Made by a program: the position numbers and the translations under genes. The notes below the pieces were generated by a model that was not told the origin of the DNA, did no database searches, and saw only the letters and a program-made list of their open reading frames with translations. DNA of 64,000 nt from Trichosphaerium sp. ATCC 40318 (lineage: Eukaryota > Protista > Tubulinea): NCBI GenBank assembly GCA_038496445.1, contig JALMLS010000328.1:1-64000 (forward strand), written 5' to 3'. Below, one piece after another: positions 1-11,810 of the stretch. Within the stretch, counting starts at the first letter, position 1, and each line of letters starts with the position of its first letter.

Positions 1-474
1 TTTGTTACGGTTACTGTGGCTGTTGTAGTTCGCACAGCTGTTTGTCTTTATGTGGTTTGTACCTGTTTTCTCGTCTACAAGCTTTAGCCCGTAGAAATCA
101 AGCATGAGGGAATAACTCTTAACGATGCGCTTTTGGCACAATGGGTCTTCTCTGATAACTGTTATTTCATGTGGCTGTAACACCTGTGATTGCATGTTCA
201 TGCCGTGCTCGCGTATAGGAAACAACCACTGCAAGTTATAAGCGTCAGAGTACTAATTGTGGTGCTAAACCTGAATGTAGCCGTGGTGGCGCTCCAAGAG
301 CTCGTAATCGCCCCACCATTTGACGTGGATGACGTCAATGAGATCACCGGTTGGTCTAGACGGTAATTTGTTCTGGTAGAAGTGCTGATTATCACTTTGA
401 TCTGGGTCGTCTTCTAGGCCGGGGTAGCCTTGGCGATAGCGTAAAGTATCTGCTTTGGCATTTTGTTGTCCCAT
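1..474 (-). CDS. Second, inverted copy of the OGFr-like gene; first two coding exons, runs off the window start
   Basis: MGQQNAKADT...HHGYIQ / WLFPIREHGMN...LDFYGLKLVDEKT, identical to the + strand copy at 4242. Confidence 0.8.
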
Positions 475-652
475 TTGTGCTGTTAATAGTACTGAGGCAG
501 AAATCTAAAAAAAAATATGTCAAGTCAAATTGTAACTATTTTTTTAGTTTTTTTCGACTACAGCGCTGTAGTCGCACCGTTACGCATGCAATCATCGTGG
601 CACACAACCAGAGAAACGGATGATTTTGTGTGAGCGGTGTCATTTTTTAGGG
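1..652 (-). repeat. Left arm of a near-identical inverted duplication (reverse complement of about 4065-4715); probably continues beyond the window start
   Basis: Position 1 pairs with 4715 and about 652 with about 4065. ORFs 265..474(-) and 4242..4451(+) translate identically. By eye I see only a 1-nt indel near 530 and a mismatch at the junction. Confidence 0.95.
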
Positions 653-1040
653 CTAGGGCTAGGGTTGTAACCCTATCTCATTTTCGGCTTAGGTACTTAG
701 GAGTTAAGGTTATGTACCCAAGCATTTTCTAGCTTTTCTTTCTATTTTACTTATTATGTGTTTCTTAAATAACTATATACATATTATTTATTTAAACTCC
801 CAAATTTCATTGGTTTATAGTTGTTTTGTAAACATACTTACATATGTAAATCCATTTTTTGACCTAACATACAAGATTTTTGTTACAAATTATTGTTATG
901 GAAAATACTTATGATTTGTTTCATTTTACCAATTTATAAACATACTCAATACACAAATTGCGATTTATAGTGTTAGATTGTATTTACATATTTGTCCAAC
1001 ATATTCAACCTGCACCAGTGCCAGGCAACCAAAGCAATCT

Positions 1041-3881
1041 TTAAGTAGACAATAAAAACTCAATAGCTGCTTCAACACCTCTGTACTGTGTTGCCCAACC
1101 CGCCTATGTAACATTAAATAAACACAAGTAGACCAAAATGGAAAAGTACCTGTTTTGCTTGTTGTTCTGAGTAACCCATTGCTTGCAACATTGTTATAAC
1201 CTCTTTTTGTTTCGCAGTTAGATTTGGTTCTGAACTAGCTGCAGGACTTGATTTTTGAGGAGTTGGGGCTGGCTGTGAAGGCATGGACTACATATACGGT
1301 TAGCACCACACACTATGTATTTTCATTGTACACATACCTTTCGGATTGATGAAATAAGCGCTGCTTTGAGGTCATCTGGATTTACACCAGGCTCCATCAA
1401 GCCTTTAACAAGTGCTTCAAATAAATCTCTGTTTATCTTACGTGCCAAGAAGAGTAGTAAGTGGAAGTCACGCAATGCTAACCAAAAGGCATCACCAGTA
1501 GGTTCTAGAGCCGCAATTTAAGATAAAGCATGGAGAAGCATAAAAAATGTGATGTACTTACTCTCAATGAGAGGCAATACATCTTTGAGTTGCTGTTGCT
1601 TTTTGAGTCTGTTCTCCACAGTAAATTTGTGGTGTAAAAACACAGGTTGAGGGTTTGTGGGGAAACTGTGACGAACCTAAGGTGTGGAGTCAATACAACG
1701 CTATTCCTGACATACAAAAAAAACGCACAGGAATTATGAAAAAATCAGTAGGGAAGTTAGGATCAGCAGTACGCTGGACATCGTAACCGTACTCGTCCTT
1801 CTCACGGTACAGTATTATAGGATAAATGACCTAGCAACAATATGAGCACAAACTGCAGTGGTTTGCTTCCAAAAAAAAACTAAACCACGTGTTTACCTCA
1901 GCACTAGATTGACGTATTCTGTATTTGTTAGGTTCCTTCTTTGATGGACGTATTGCATCTTCTCTTGTCAAGTCAACACACTGATTGGACACCTGGTACG
2001 CCTTGAGGTCAACAGTGCCTTCAGGTGTTCCATAGGCAATCACAGATACAAACTTTGAACCAAATTTACCATTATCAGAGGCGATCCAAGGTTGTTCGTG
2101 CTTGAGCTGCAATTTGGCCATTCTATCAAGCTCCCACGCCTATCCTTTCTATCAGCAAAAATACTGTGCATAAACAAAATAGGACTACATACCCTCAACG
2201 GATTTTCTGCAATATCACGCTCTGGTATTATTTGCCTTTGCTTGTCAACTTTTACAGCTGTCCATATGAAACCAATCTAGCACAATCAATACCGCAGCAT
2301 AACCAATAATAAAACGCGGTGAATATACGCACTTTAACAAGACCGAGTGATTCGGCAATCTCATCAATAGTCTTTTCATTTGGGTCGTTTTGCCATCCAG
2401 TAATTTTGTAATGGTTGCTACGCACAGGCTTTTGCGGAGGCTCATAAATTGCGCGTACAACTGCCCTGTTAGGCCGACGTTAATAAATTCATGCTAAAAT
2501 TATATAAAAAGCGAAAGGCACGTACTTAACGCCCAAAGGAACATCAGAAGCTGGTTCATATACACCATACATGAAACCAACGCGCTGAATGCCTGTTTGC
2601 CGCCAAGCTGAAATGAAATTTTCTAAAATATCTCCGTGCTCAAAAAATACGTGATCTACATGTCTGTATTGCTAAAACAAATAAAAAGGGTTAGCATAAA
2701 AAACACTTCAATAAAAAATAACGGCGGAGCAAAATCAGTGAAACGTACTTGACCGTTTACAAACACTGACATGCCATCCAATTTCTCGTGTCCTCCGCTA
2801 GCTGATGCCTTTTTAACAAAACTGGAAGCTGCCAATCGATATTTAGGATCTCTAAATCAACAGATTAGCTCACGTGAAAAATATTACCAACATGGTTAGA
2901 AGGCTTTATTTCTTAATAACGCCATACCCATAAGTAAATTTCCGAAACCAAGCGTGGAAAGGCAAGAAATTAAGTTTATCCTTCCATGGCGCATGATTTA
3001 AAATATCCCAAGGCTACCCAAAGTCAGCACAAATAATGACAACAGAATCAAAACCGCATTTTGGACGTACAGCAATTGGAAGGTTAGCAATGCTACTACC
3101 ATTCCTGGACATGTTCCTACACCAAGAATAAATAAATAACGTCTTCGATTTCGACCATAAACAAAACCAACGCACGCTTTTTTGTCTCCATTCTCATCTG
3201 TGCGTGGTACCCAACCATCAACCTTGTGCAAAGCAACATCGATTGGATCCTCAACTATTTTTTTAGGTCGATCAGGCTTGGCTAACGCTTGTGCTACGGC
3301 TGCACGTGATTTATCGATTCTTTTGACTTGTTTTTTAACAGCAGCAACATCTTGAGTTGTTTCTGGTGCTTGTAAATTAATCATATCGCCATTTCTATAG
3401 TAAAAAAAACATGAGTAACCGTGCAAAAGCGGTACGCGGATAGGAGACGAAATATACTGAAGCAAAGAAAAATAAAACGTCAAAGCAGACAATACGATAT
3501 TTTATAAACAGCTGACGCCCAACGAAATCAACTACACCAAAGCCAATAGTTCAGTACCTGAATTTAAAAGACTCAAGGGACACACCATCGTTATCAAGCT
3601 GTACCACTTTGTTTTGTGCGTTACGAAAGCTCAATTGCTGCGATTGAGGTGGAATGCCGAGCTGTTGAGCGATCTACAAGTAATTTTAGTGAGTAAGCAG
3701 CAGTACAGCACCACAAGCACCAATGCATACCTTATCCTTTAAGTTGGCGACGGTACTCGCCTCTGTTATCTTTAGGCGAGCGACACCCTTTCGCGAACGT
3801 ATACGGAGCATTATTTCGGTCTTTTCCTTTGTTATGTGTAAGTGATAGGTAGTTATTTGTCGACAGTTAAAGAAATACCAT
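1041..3881 (-). CDS. NPL4: NPL4 (Cdc48/p97 cofactor): N-terminal UBL, MPN-like NPL4 domain, C-terminal UBA-like domain; multi-exon
   Basis: Spliced translation includes MEKTEIMLRIRSRKGVARL, EDPIDVALHKVDGWVPR, QYRHVDHVFFE, WRQTGIQRVGFMYG, AIYEPPQ, GKFGSKFVSV, AYQVSNQC and LRDFHLLLFL, and ends MLQAMGYSEQQAKQAGWATQYRGVEAAIEFLLST*. Confidence 0.92.
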
Positions 3882-4064
3882 TTTTTGAACAGTCAGCACT
3901 GGTGGAGAGTCTTGGCAGCTGAACGAAATTCTATTTGTTGAAAATAAAAGAAACAACGCAATAGTAACGAAAATAGCAAAAAAAAAAAGAGAGCGGGCTT
4001 TAAGAGCTACTACATCTCGTAGGACCAGCTTGAATACGTACTAGCTTATGGAGTAACCCGCCTA

Positions 4065-4715
4065 CCCTTAAAAATGACACCGCTCACACAAAATCATCCG
4101 TTTCTCTGGTTGTGTGCCACGATGATTGCATGCGTAACGGTGCGACTACAGCGCTGTAGTCGAAAAAAACTAAAAAAATAGTTACAATTGACTTGACATA
4201 TTTTTTTTTAGATTTCTGCCTCAGTACTATTAACAGCACAAATGGGACAACAAAATGCCAAAGCAGATACTTTACGCTATCGCCAAGGCTACCCCGGCCT
4301 AGAAGACGACCCAGATCAAAGTGATAATCAGCACTTCTACCAGAACAAATTACCGTCTAGACCAACCGGTGATCTCATTGACGTCATCCACGTCAAATGG
4401 TGGGGCGATTACGAGCTCTTGGAGCGCCACCACGGCTACATTCAGGTTTAGCACCACAATTAGTACTCTGACGCTTATAACTTGCAGTGGTTGTTTCCTA
4501 TACGCGAGCACGGCATGAACATGCAATCACAGGTGTTACAGCCACATGAAATAACAGTTATCAGAGAAGACCCATTGTGCCAAAAGCGCATCGTTAAGAG
4601 TTATTCCCTCATGCTTGATTTCTACGGGCTAAAGCTTGTAGACGAGAAAACAGGTACAAACCACATAAAGACAAACAGCTGTGCGAACTACAACAGCCAC
4701 AGTAACCGTAACAAA
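4065..4715 (+). repeat. Right arm of the inverted duplication
   Basis: Reverse complement of 1-652. Confidence 0.95.
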
Positions 4716-5661
4716 CAACGTTATCGAAAGTGTTTTTTTTTGTGTTTCAGTTAAAAACCCAAAGTATTTAAACTGTGTGAGCAGTGCTTACTAAATAAGC
4801 TCAAACCATCAGCTTATATACTACGAAAAAAAAACAAACCCAAACTAAAATTAAATTAAATCACTTTAGGTGAAATTGCCCGTGCTGACCACTGGAAGCC
4901 ACGTTTCGGTCACTTGAATCATTCGTTCCATAACTACTTGCGCATAACGCGCATCCTAAAATCCCTGGGTGAAACAGGGTTTGAACATTTCAAGAAACCC
5001 TTCTTGGACCTCATGATAACGTACGAATCTCGCGCTAGGGGTATTTTTTTTTCTCTTGAGCGGCGCATCCTCTTTTTTCATCTCAACGGCCTGGAAGCCG
5101 CCCAAAGTTGTTCCACGAATAGTAGTTATTTGTTTCTTACTTGTTTTGTCAGAGAAGTCATTGAAAACGGTGTTTTGATCAACTGCAAACGCAGTCTAGT
5201 TGATTTTTGGTCACCAACCCTTCGTATTGATGCTGAGGTAACACATTGCGAATTTACTATACATGACACTCACAAAAAGTAGCGTGAAGCTATTGCTGCT
5301 AGGCTAAATGATCTTCTTGGCATCGATGATAGTGATGATGAAGACGATGATGATGATGGTATGTAGCTATTACATTCACTTTTATATACGCTGATACCTC
5401 TTACAGACACTGACTCTTACTACACAACTGGACGTGACACACGCGCACCTGTGCGTAAGCCACGGTATGTCAACTAAATTGCAAAGCTACACAGCAGTTT
5501 TTTCTTACCTCTGTTGCAGACCAGCAGAGCCATTAATGCCTGACTTTCACCGCTCCGTTGGAGGTAAGGGCCACTTAGCTGTAAAGCCTGACGATTACTT
5601 TATAACAGAAGATAAAGAAGAAGTAAAGTCAGACGCTGTGCGTAGTGCTTATGTCGAATAA
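4242..5661 (+). CDS. Opioid growth factor receptor (OGFr) conserved-region protein with acidic C-terminal stretch; multi-exon
   Basis: Family motifs YELLERHHGYIQWLFP, MLDFYG and HNYLRITRILKSLGE. Confidence 0.9.
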
Positions 5662-6026
5662 ATTTATTGATAACCTGGACTAGATTGATGAGCAAGGACC
5701 TTCGCTAAGTGATACATTTGCTGAGAAGTATGGCAATAACCTAGCGAGTTCTGATGACAACAGTATGTGATCTTGATAACATTGTGGTACAGGGTACTAA
5801 TGAACTTGGTAGGTGATGATGAAGGTGAACCAACTGCCGAAAAGTAAATATTCCCAAAATTTGTAATGACACAAGAAATTGTCATTAGGTTGTACCAACA
5901 GTTTACTTTTTGTGACTAATTTTATAAAAGTTTAACAAAGCACAAGCAGTTTTTTTATTTAATTATGTATGTACAAAGAGGTTGAAATCATCAGCCAAAT
6001 TGTCTGTGCTGTACTTTTTATACGAG

Positions 6027-8799
6027 TTACTCAGCATCTTCGAGCACTTCATCATCGTCCTCGTTTTCGTCTTCTTCTTTAGCTTCGTAGTCCTCCTCGT
6101 CTTTATCTAGAATGTAGTGAGTAGATAAGTCCAAAGGGATAGGCTAAGAACGTACTTTCTTCATCTACGTCCATGCCATCTTCATCTGCGGCACTTGCTT
6201 CTTTTTCATCAACGTCCATGGTGTCAGCATCTTCCTTTTTAGCTGGAGCGGCTTTCTTCTTCTTTGGTTTACCTTTCTCTGTGCAATCATTATTATTTGT
6301 TCAAATATTAGTGTAGGGTGTACTACTTACTCTTTACGCCAGCTTTCTGGTCTTTGAATATTTGTTCACGTTCTTTTGCTTTCTCAGCATCTGCTTTTGC
6401 AGGATCGTATTCCTCAAGTTCATTGATGATCTCATAGAGTGCCATACAATCATACAACCACTACAAATAAAAGGTAAGCTGTCACCATGCAAAAATCCCA
6501 AAAACCAAATAGACATACGTCTTGACGGACTACTGGCGCCTGTTCTTCATCATCTGATCTTGTTTTTGGTATAAACGTTCTGTCACCGGATATAATGTAA
6601 TCACATTCAGCTTCACGTCCGAGCTATTGGAATAAAAAGTCAGACCATTTTTAAACAGAAACAAACACTTTACCTTGCCACCAAGAGTCTTTATGAGATT
6701 TGTGTATTTTGCTCTTGACATGGTAGGTTCTGTACCAATAAAAAATGATACTCCATCGAACAATCTCTTTCCTTTACCTAAAGAACACAAATCAACAAAA
6801 AAATTTTCAAAGAAAAAAAAAAGCCAAAACACTCACTTTTTGCTTTGCGAGATTTAGCACATCCAGGATACCATGTAGTTAACTCATACTCCTCTTCGTC
6901 TTCCCACGTTTCGTTCTCAATTGACTTTTCAACCCACTCAGCGCCCAGAACCCAAATGCCTTGAGCAAGAGCATTTAACACCTTTTCTGTTCTTCCTTCT
7001 TTGCCTACTACCAAATGAGTAGCATGTGACATTTCCTGAGTAATGATGTAAGCATAGAACAACACTAAAACGGTTGTGGTTAAACATACCCCGAGGACTT
7101 CATAATCGGTCAGTTTTTTGTTCTTTTCGAGTGTACTAGACAATTTAGACGACTTTGAAAACCCAGTGAATACAATACAACGGCCAGCGTATGTCTAAAC
7201 AGGAAGTAAGTAAGACCCAACAACAAATAAATCCTGTCTTCTCAACATACTTTAGGAACCTTCTTTTTCCTTGGTTTTGTGGCACCCTTTGATTTAGATG
7301 AAGCAGCTTTCTTTGGTGAACTAGCAGCTGAGGATATTGTTAGTGTTAATGATGTACATTATTGAAAAAAAAACCTGCTCTTACCTTTCTTTTTACTTTG
7401 TTTAGCAGCAATCTTATCAGCTTCTTTAGCAGCATAAGCTTCTGGGTAATCTTTCTCCCATTGCACCATTTCTTCTTCGTAACGCTTTTTGGCTTCTTCA
7501 ACCTTCTTGTTGTAAGGTTCTTTCTCAGCTAAAGCAAAAAAACAATGAGTTCAAGCACAAAAAAAAAATCACCAGATATGACACTCTGTTCAGTCAAGAA
7601 CTTACCATCTGTTAGTGCTCTCCATTTAGCTCCGAGGTGAGAGGCAATCTCTTTAACCTTTAGGTCAGGGTTCTCAGCAGTAACTTTGGCACGGTTTTCT
7701 CCCATGTAGATGAAGTAAGCAGTCAGCGGCTTCTTTGGTTCACCTTCATATTTTGTCTTTTTGCGCTTTGGCGCACGTTTTGGCTTTTCAGGAGTTGCCT
7801 TTGGCTTTGTAGTTTTGGCTTTTTTCTTCGGTGTTGTAGAGTCATTTGAAGGCCTCTTTCTCTTCTTTGTAGCTGCCTTCTTTGGAGATTTTTTCTCGCC
7901 TGATAAAAAAACAGGTTAGAAGGCAAGCAATGATTGATGTAAACGTAATGAAGGTAGAATAGAACAACAAAGAGTGATTTCACAATATTAATTTTAAAAT
8001 GAGGTACTCACTCGAGCCATCAGCGAATTTAGCTTCACCAACGTCATTGTCATCAGTGTCGGCTACAATGATGATTAATAATGCCTCTTGACATTAATTT
8101 GGTTGCAGCAATGTTAACGTACGTTCATCATCATCATCAGTGCTTTTTTTGGTTGGCTTCTTCTTTGTGGTCTTCTCTAGACGCTTGTAAGTGAGGTTCA
8201 AAAGTTTTTGATGATGTTCGCGAGTAACGGTATTCAGATTCCGTATTTTATGTTGTGTACGCGTAAAATGGTGGCGACAGGTGATGTACCTTTAGTTGGT
8301 TTTGATTTTTTGGTTGATTTTTTTCTGCTGCCTGGAGGCTTTACAATGTACTCCGCTTCGTCGGCTTTGGCCTCATCTTCCACGCACCTAGCGAAACGAC
8401 GTTTAATCGCAAAGTTTTGTTCAAAATTAAATTGAAAAAAAAACCCCTCCATTGGTTTTAGACCTACCTTTCGAGCCATTCGTAGCTCACCATGTGTTTT
8501 ATCTTTTTCTCCTTGTAGTTATTGTACGCAGCACCTTTTACGTTTGCCGCGAGCGCTACGTGCGTAAATTCGCCTTCAATCTTCTTCTTGGCTGTTTTGA
8601 AGACCTATAAACGCAGGTAAGCGAGTAACGGGCAAAAACAAAAATTGCGTCTTCTTGGTATTTGTTGATTGACGCCTTGTTCAAAACGCTATTAGTATGC
8701 ACGTACTTCGCAACCAAGCGATTCCAGATCTTCTTTGTATTTTTGGTATTCATCTTTGCCTGTAATAACGAGGCGAACGCCTTCGAGTGGTTTTGACAT
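6027..8799 (-). CDS. Microcephalin/MCPH1-like protein: N-terminal BRCT, central HMG box, C-terminal tandem BRCT, acidic tail; multi-exon
   Basis: BRCT1: MSKPLEGVRLVITG...VSYEWLERCVED. HMG box: PKKPLTAYFIYMGENRAKVTAENPDLKVKEIASHLGAKWRALTDAEKEPYNKK. BRCT2/3: THLVVGKEGRTEKVLNALAQGIWVLGAEWVEKS...RLFDGVSFFIG...LIKTLGG...WLYDCM. Confidence 0.85.
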
Positions 8800-9039
8800 G
8801 GTTGGTTAAGCTTAAGTGGTTGAGAACTCTTGGATTTGTTGCTTTTTAATTTTGTTGCACAAAGACTTAGAAAACAAAGTCAAGCTTTGTCGAAACCGAG
8901 TAACGTTTCAAAAACACCCCAAGAACATCAATCTGGGTATAAGAATCTACAACCAAAACAGTTTTTGTACTGGATGGACTTCGGATTCTACGAATCTTTA
9001 AATATTGACTTTCTAACTGCAACAATTGATGCGAAGCTA

Positions 9040-11341
9040 CTATTGCAACATGAACCTATACAATTTGTACTTTATTTTGTCATAAGTAGTACCGCATAGG
9101 GAGTACTTTTAACCTAGCAATAAGATCTTTTATCAAGTCATCAAACAACGAGATACCCTACCAAAAAGGTTAAGAAAAGGCTATTGTTTTGTCATGTACC
9201 TTGCCAAGTTGCTTGCCGCTACTCTCACAAGCATGTTTTTCCAAGGCACTGCGTGACTTAAAACAAATATTACAAGCCTTGCATGTAACGTAGTATCTGT
9301 CATAAGTGTTCAAGTGATGTTCCATTTTCTTTGGAGATTGTACAGAGACAGTGCAGTGATGAGCAGTTAGAAAAGGTGAACAGCGATTCAAATGAAATGT
9401 GGACGCGTAATAATCATGTTTCTATGCAAACAGTGTTAAGGATGTTCTTAATTACTCTTTGACCATACCTTACTATGCTCATGAAACTCACTACGAAGCA
9501 TTATTTCACCACATTCGCGACAAGCCACATGATAAAATTCACAGTTGTGCAAATGTGTGTTACGTCCGCTGTACGTTAAGTTTCTCACAGTGCAACCATA
9601 CTGTGAGTTCACGCATATGTAATCAGTCCTGGCTTGACAAATAGGAAGATGTGCCTATGAACAAAAACCCATTGGTATGAAAAATTAGTTAATTGTTGTA
9701 CCTCTAGAAACGTTGTAGCTCCACAATGTGGACATGTATCTTTTTTTGGTTGCTCAAGGTATACGCGATTGTCAATGTTGGACAAAGGCCAAGGCTCCTG
9801 CACATTTTTTATGAGTTGCAACAAGTTAAAATGATAATAAAGACATACCTGTTCATCAGGTATTAAGTGCCTTGTTGTTGGTTTAAGGCCATGAATCAAA
9901 TTTCCAAGGGATGGTAATACACTATTTAGAGTTGCCAAAGCAATATCAGTTACTCTTTTACAACCAAAGACATTTAAGGTTTCCTAATATAACAATCAAA
10001 AAGTTTGACCATTTTTAGAAAATTTGTACTAGATTAGTTAGCGTTGTTAATGCCATCAAATGTTCATCTTGCAACCATGTTGTAGAGGAAAAATTTAAGT
10101 CTGCCAGAGTGTGGCACTTAGCCATACGAGCGATGTTTAATTCAACAACACCAATAGTTGCAGGAATGCCTTTCATCAGAAGAAAAAAGTAAGCAACTTG
10201 TGTAATAGTGTAACTCGTATTGGTACCATATGAAGCACGTAATTCCCAGTGTGAAGATTTGAAAGATATAGAATTAAGCCTTGTACATTGATGTAATCCC
10301 CTATTCTACAAGTAAATACTGAAACCTTGACGGACTTTCAGAATATTGTTAAAAGGTACCTACGCCAAGTCTTTGATCGTAGCACGATCCAGAATTAGTT
10401 TAGATATTCTAGTAGGTACATAAGCTATCATAGAAGAGCCGCTAAGATCTAGAACATCAAGATGTTGCCACAAATCAAGCGCGGCCCATTTGGGCCAAGG
10501 CATCTTAAGTGTGTTAAAAAGCTCGTATAGCTTCGTCTTTCTTACCCTATTTATTACTGCAGCTATTGTCCTCGCGCGAGCACCATATTTAACATTCCAC
10601 GATGGATGCGTTGTGTTTGTTGTAACGTCACTACAATCAGTTTGTAAGGTAAATGTGTATGGTTTTTTCTTGGATTAAAAATGATTACGTAAAGTTTAGT
10701 GTCTTGATGTTTGGAAAGGCATAAGCGAGTTTACGTAGGCACCCAATCATGTGAGTTGTATAGTAGTTACCAATAGATCTCGATATTCTAAAATAAAATT
10801 AGCGATGCTCAATTTCAACATTACTGTCAATGCATACGTCAGTGTTTCTACCGTGGTTTGGACTTGCGTGAGCGCTTTTACTGGCACACTCAATGTCAAA
10901 TCATTCAATCTGGGGAAAGCGGCACATGTCCGCTCTATCGCGTTATGTGAGAATTGATTATCCCAATGACCAACCAAGCACAGTTTTGTTAATTGTGGAA
11001 ACGTTGTGGGTAGCAAAAGTAGGTGCTTGTCACTACAGCGAAATAATGTTCCAGGTGTTCCAAAAGAGAACGAACAAGTGCTGTGAAAAGCGTAAGAGAC
11101 ATGTTACTGCGAATAAAACATAAAAGAACAACGTTATATTTTTTTGTAAACGTATTTGGTAACGCACTATTGGCTGCACAGCACGTTCCATGTACGACAG
11201 ACAGAACGTATTGTAAAATAAACACTATCTTGCCCAGCGTGCTCAAATATCAAATGAAGTAGCTCGTAAGGCAATGCTTATGGCTTTTAGATATGAATTT
11301 GTTCAAAAATTACAGCGTGTACCAAGTGAAGAGTTTGACAT
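9040..11341 (-). CDS. F-box protein with LRR-like middle and C-terminal Cys/His zinc-finger motifs; multi-exon, 3' end approximate
   Basis: MSNSSLALPYELLHLIFEHAGQDSVYFTIRSVCRTWN (F-box). LRR-like FPQLTKLCL and FPRLNDLTL. Zinc-finger-like CPHCG and CKACNICFKSRSALEKHAC. Confidence 0.75.
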
Positions 11342-11810
11342 TTGTAAAACAACGTAGCTGTAACTTCCTTTTTTGAATTGGTGCTTCAACCTTAACGCGA
11401 TAGTGTGTTAAATGATTGTCGTGATGTAGTAAATAGACCAAAATTGACATTTAGTAACAATACTTTCGTAGTTTAATACCCCTAAGCGCGACACTACGCT
11501 CACACATTCCTCCTCAGGTGTTACTTGTACTACATTAAACGCTTTACACTATTATGGTGAGTGCTTTTTTAGCGCTTTCCGTACAACAATGCCCTAATAC
11601 CGTATAGGAACGCAGAAGTAGCGCGGTGAAGTACAAAAAGGACCTGCCCATCATGTCCTCGGCTCCAAGACGTAAAGTGCATCCTTTCTCTTTTTTGAGA
11701 CCTTTGGTCGCGTCCATATATCTTTTTAATTGGCGACAAGCGCGTTGAAGCGTTTATTTCTATAAAATGGTCCTGACAGCCCAAATCAACGCGCTCACCC
11801 GCTGGTAGAA

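Noticed and set aside
5058-5103. GC-rich 7-bp terminal stem in an OGFr intron
   Set aside because: A single short stem that pairs fully only on the antisense strand. Insufficient for an ncRNA call.
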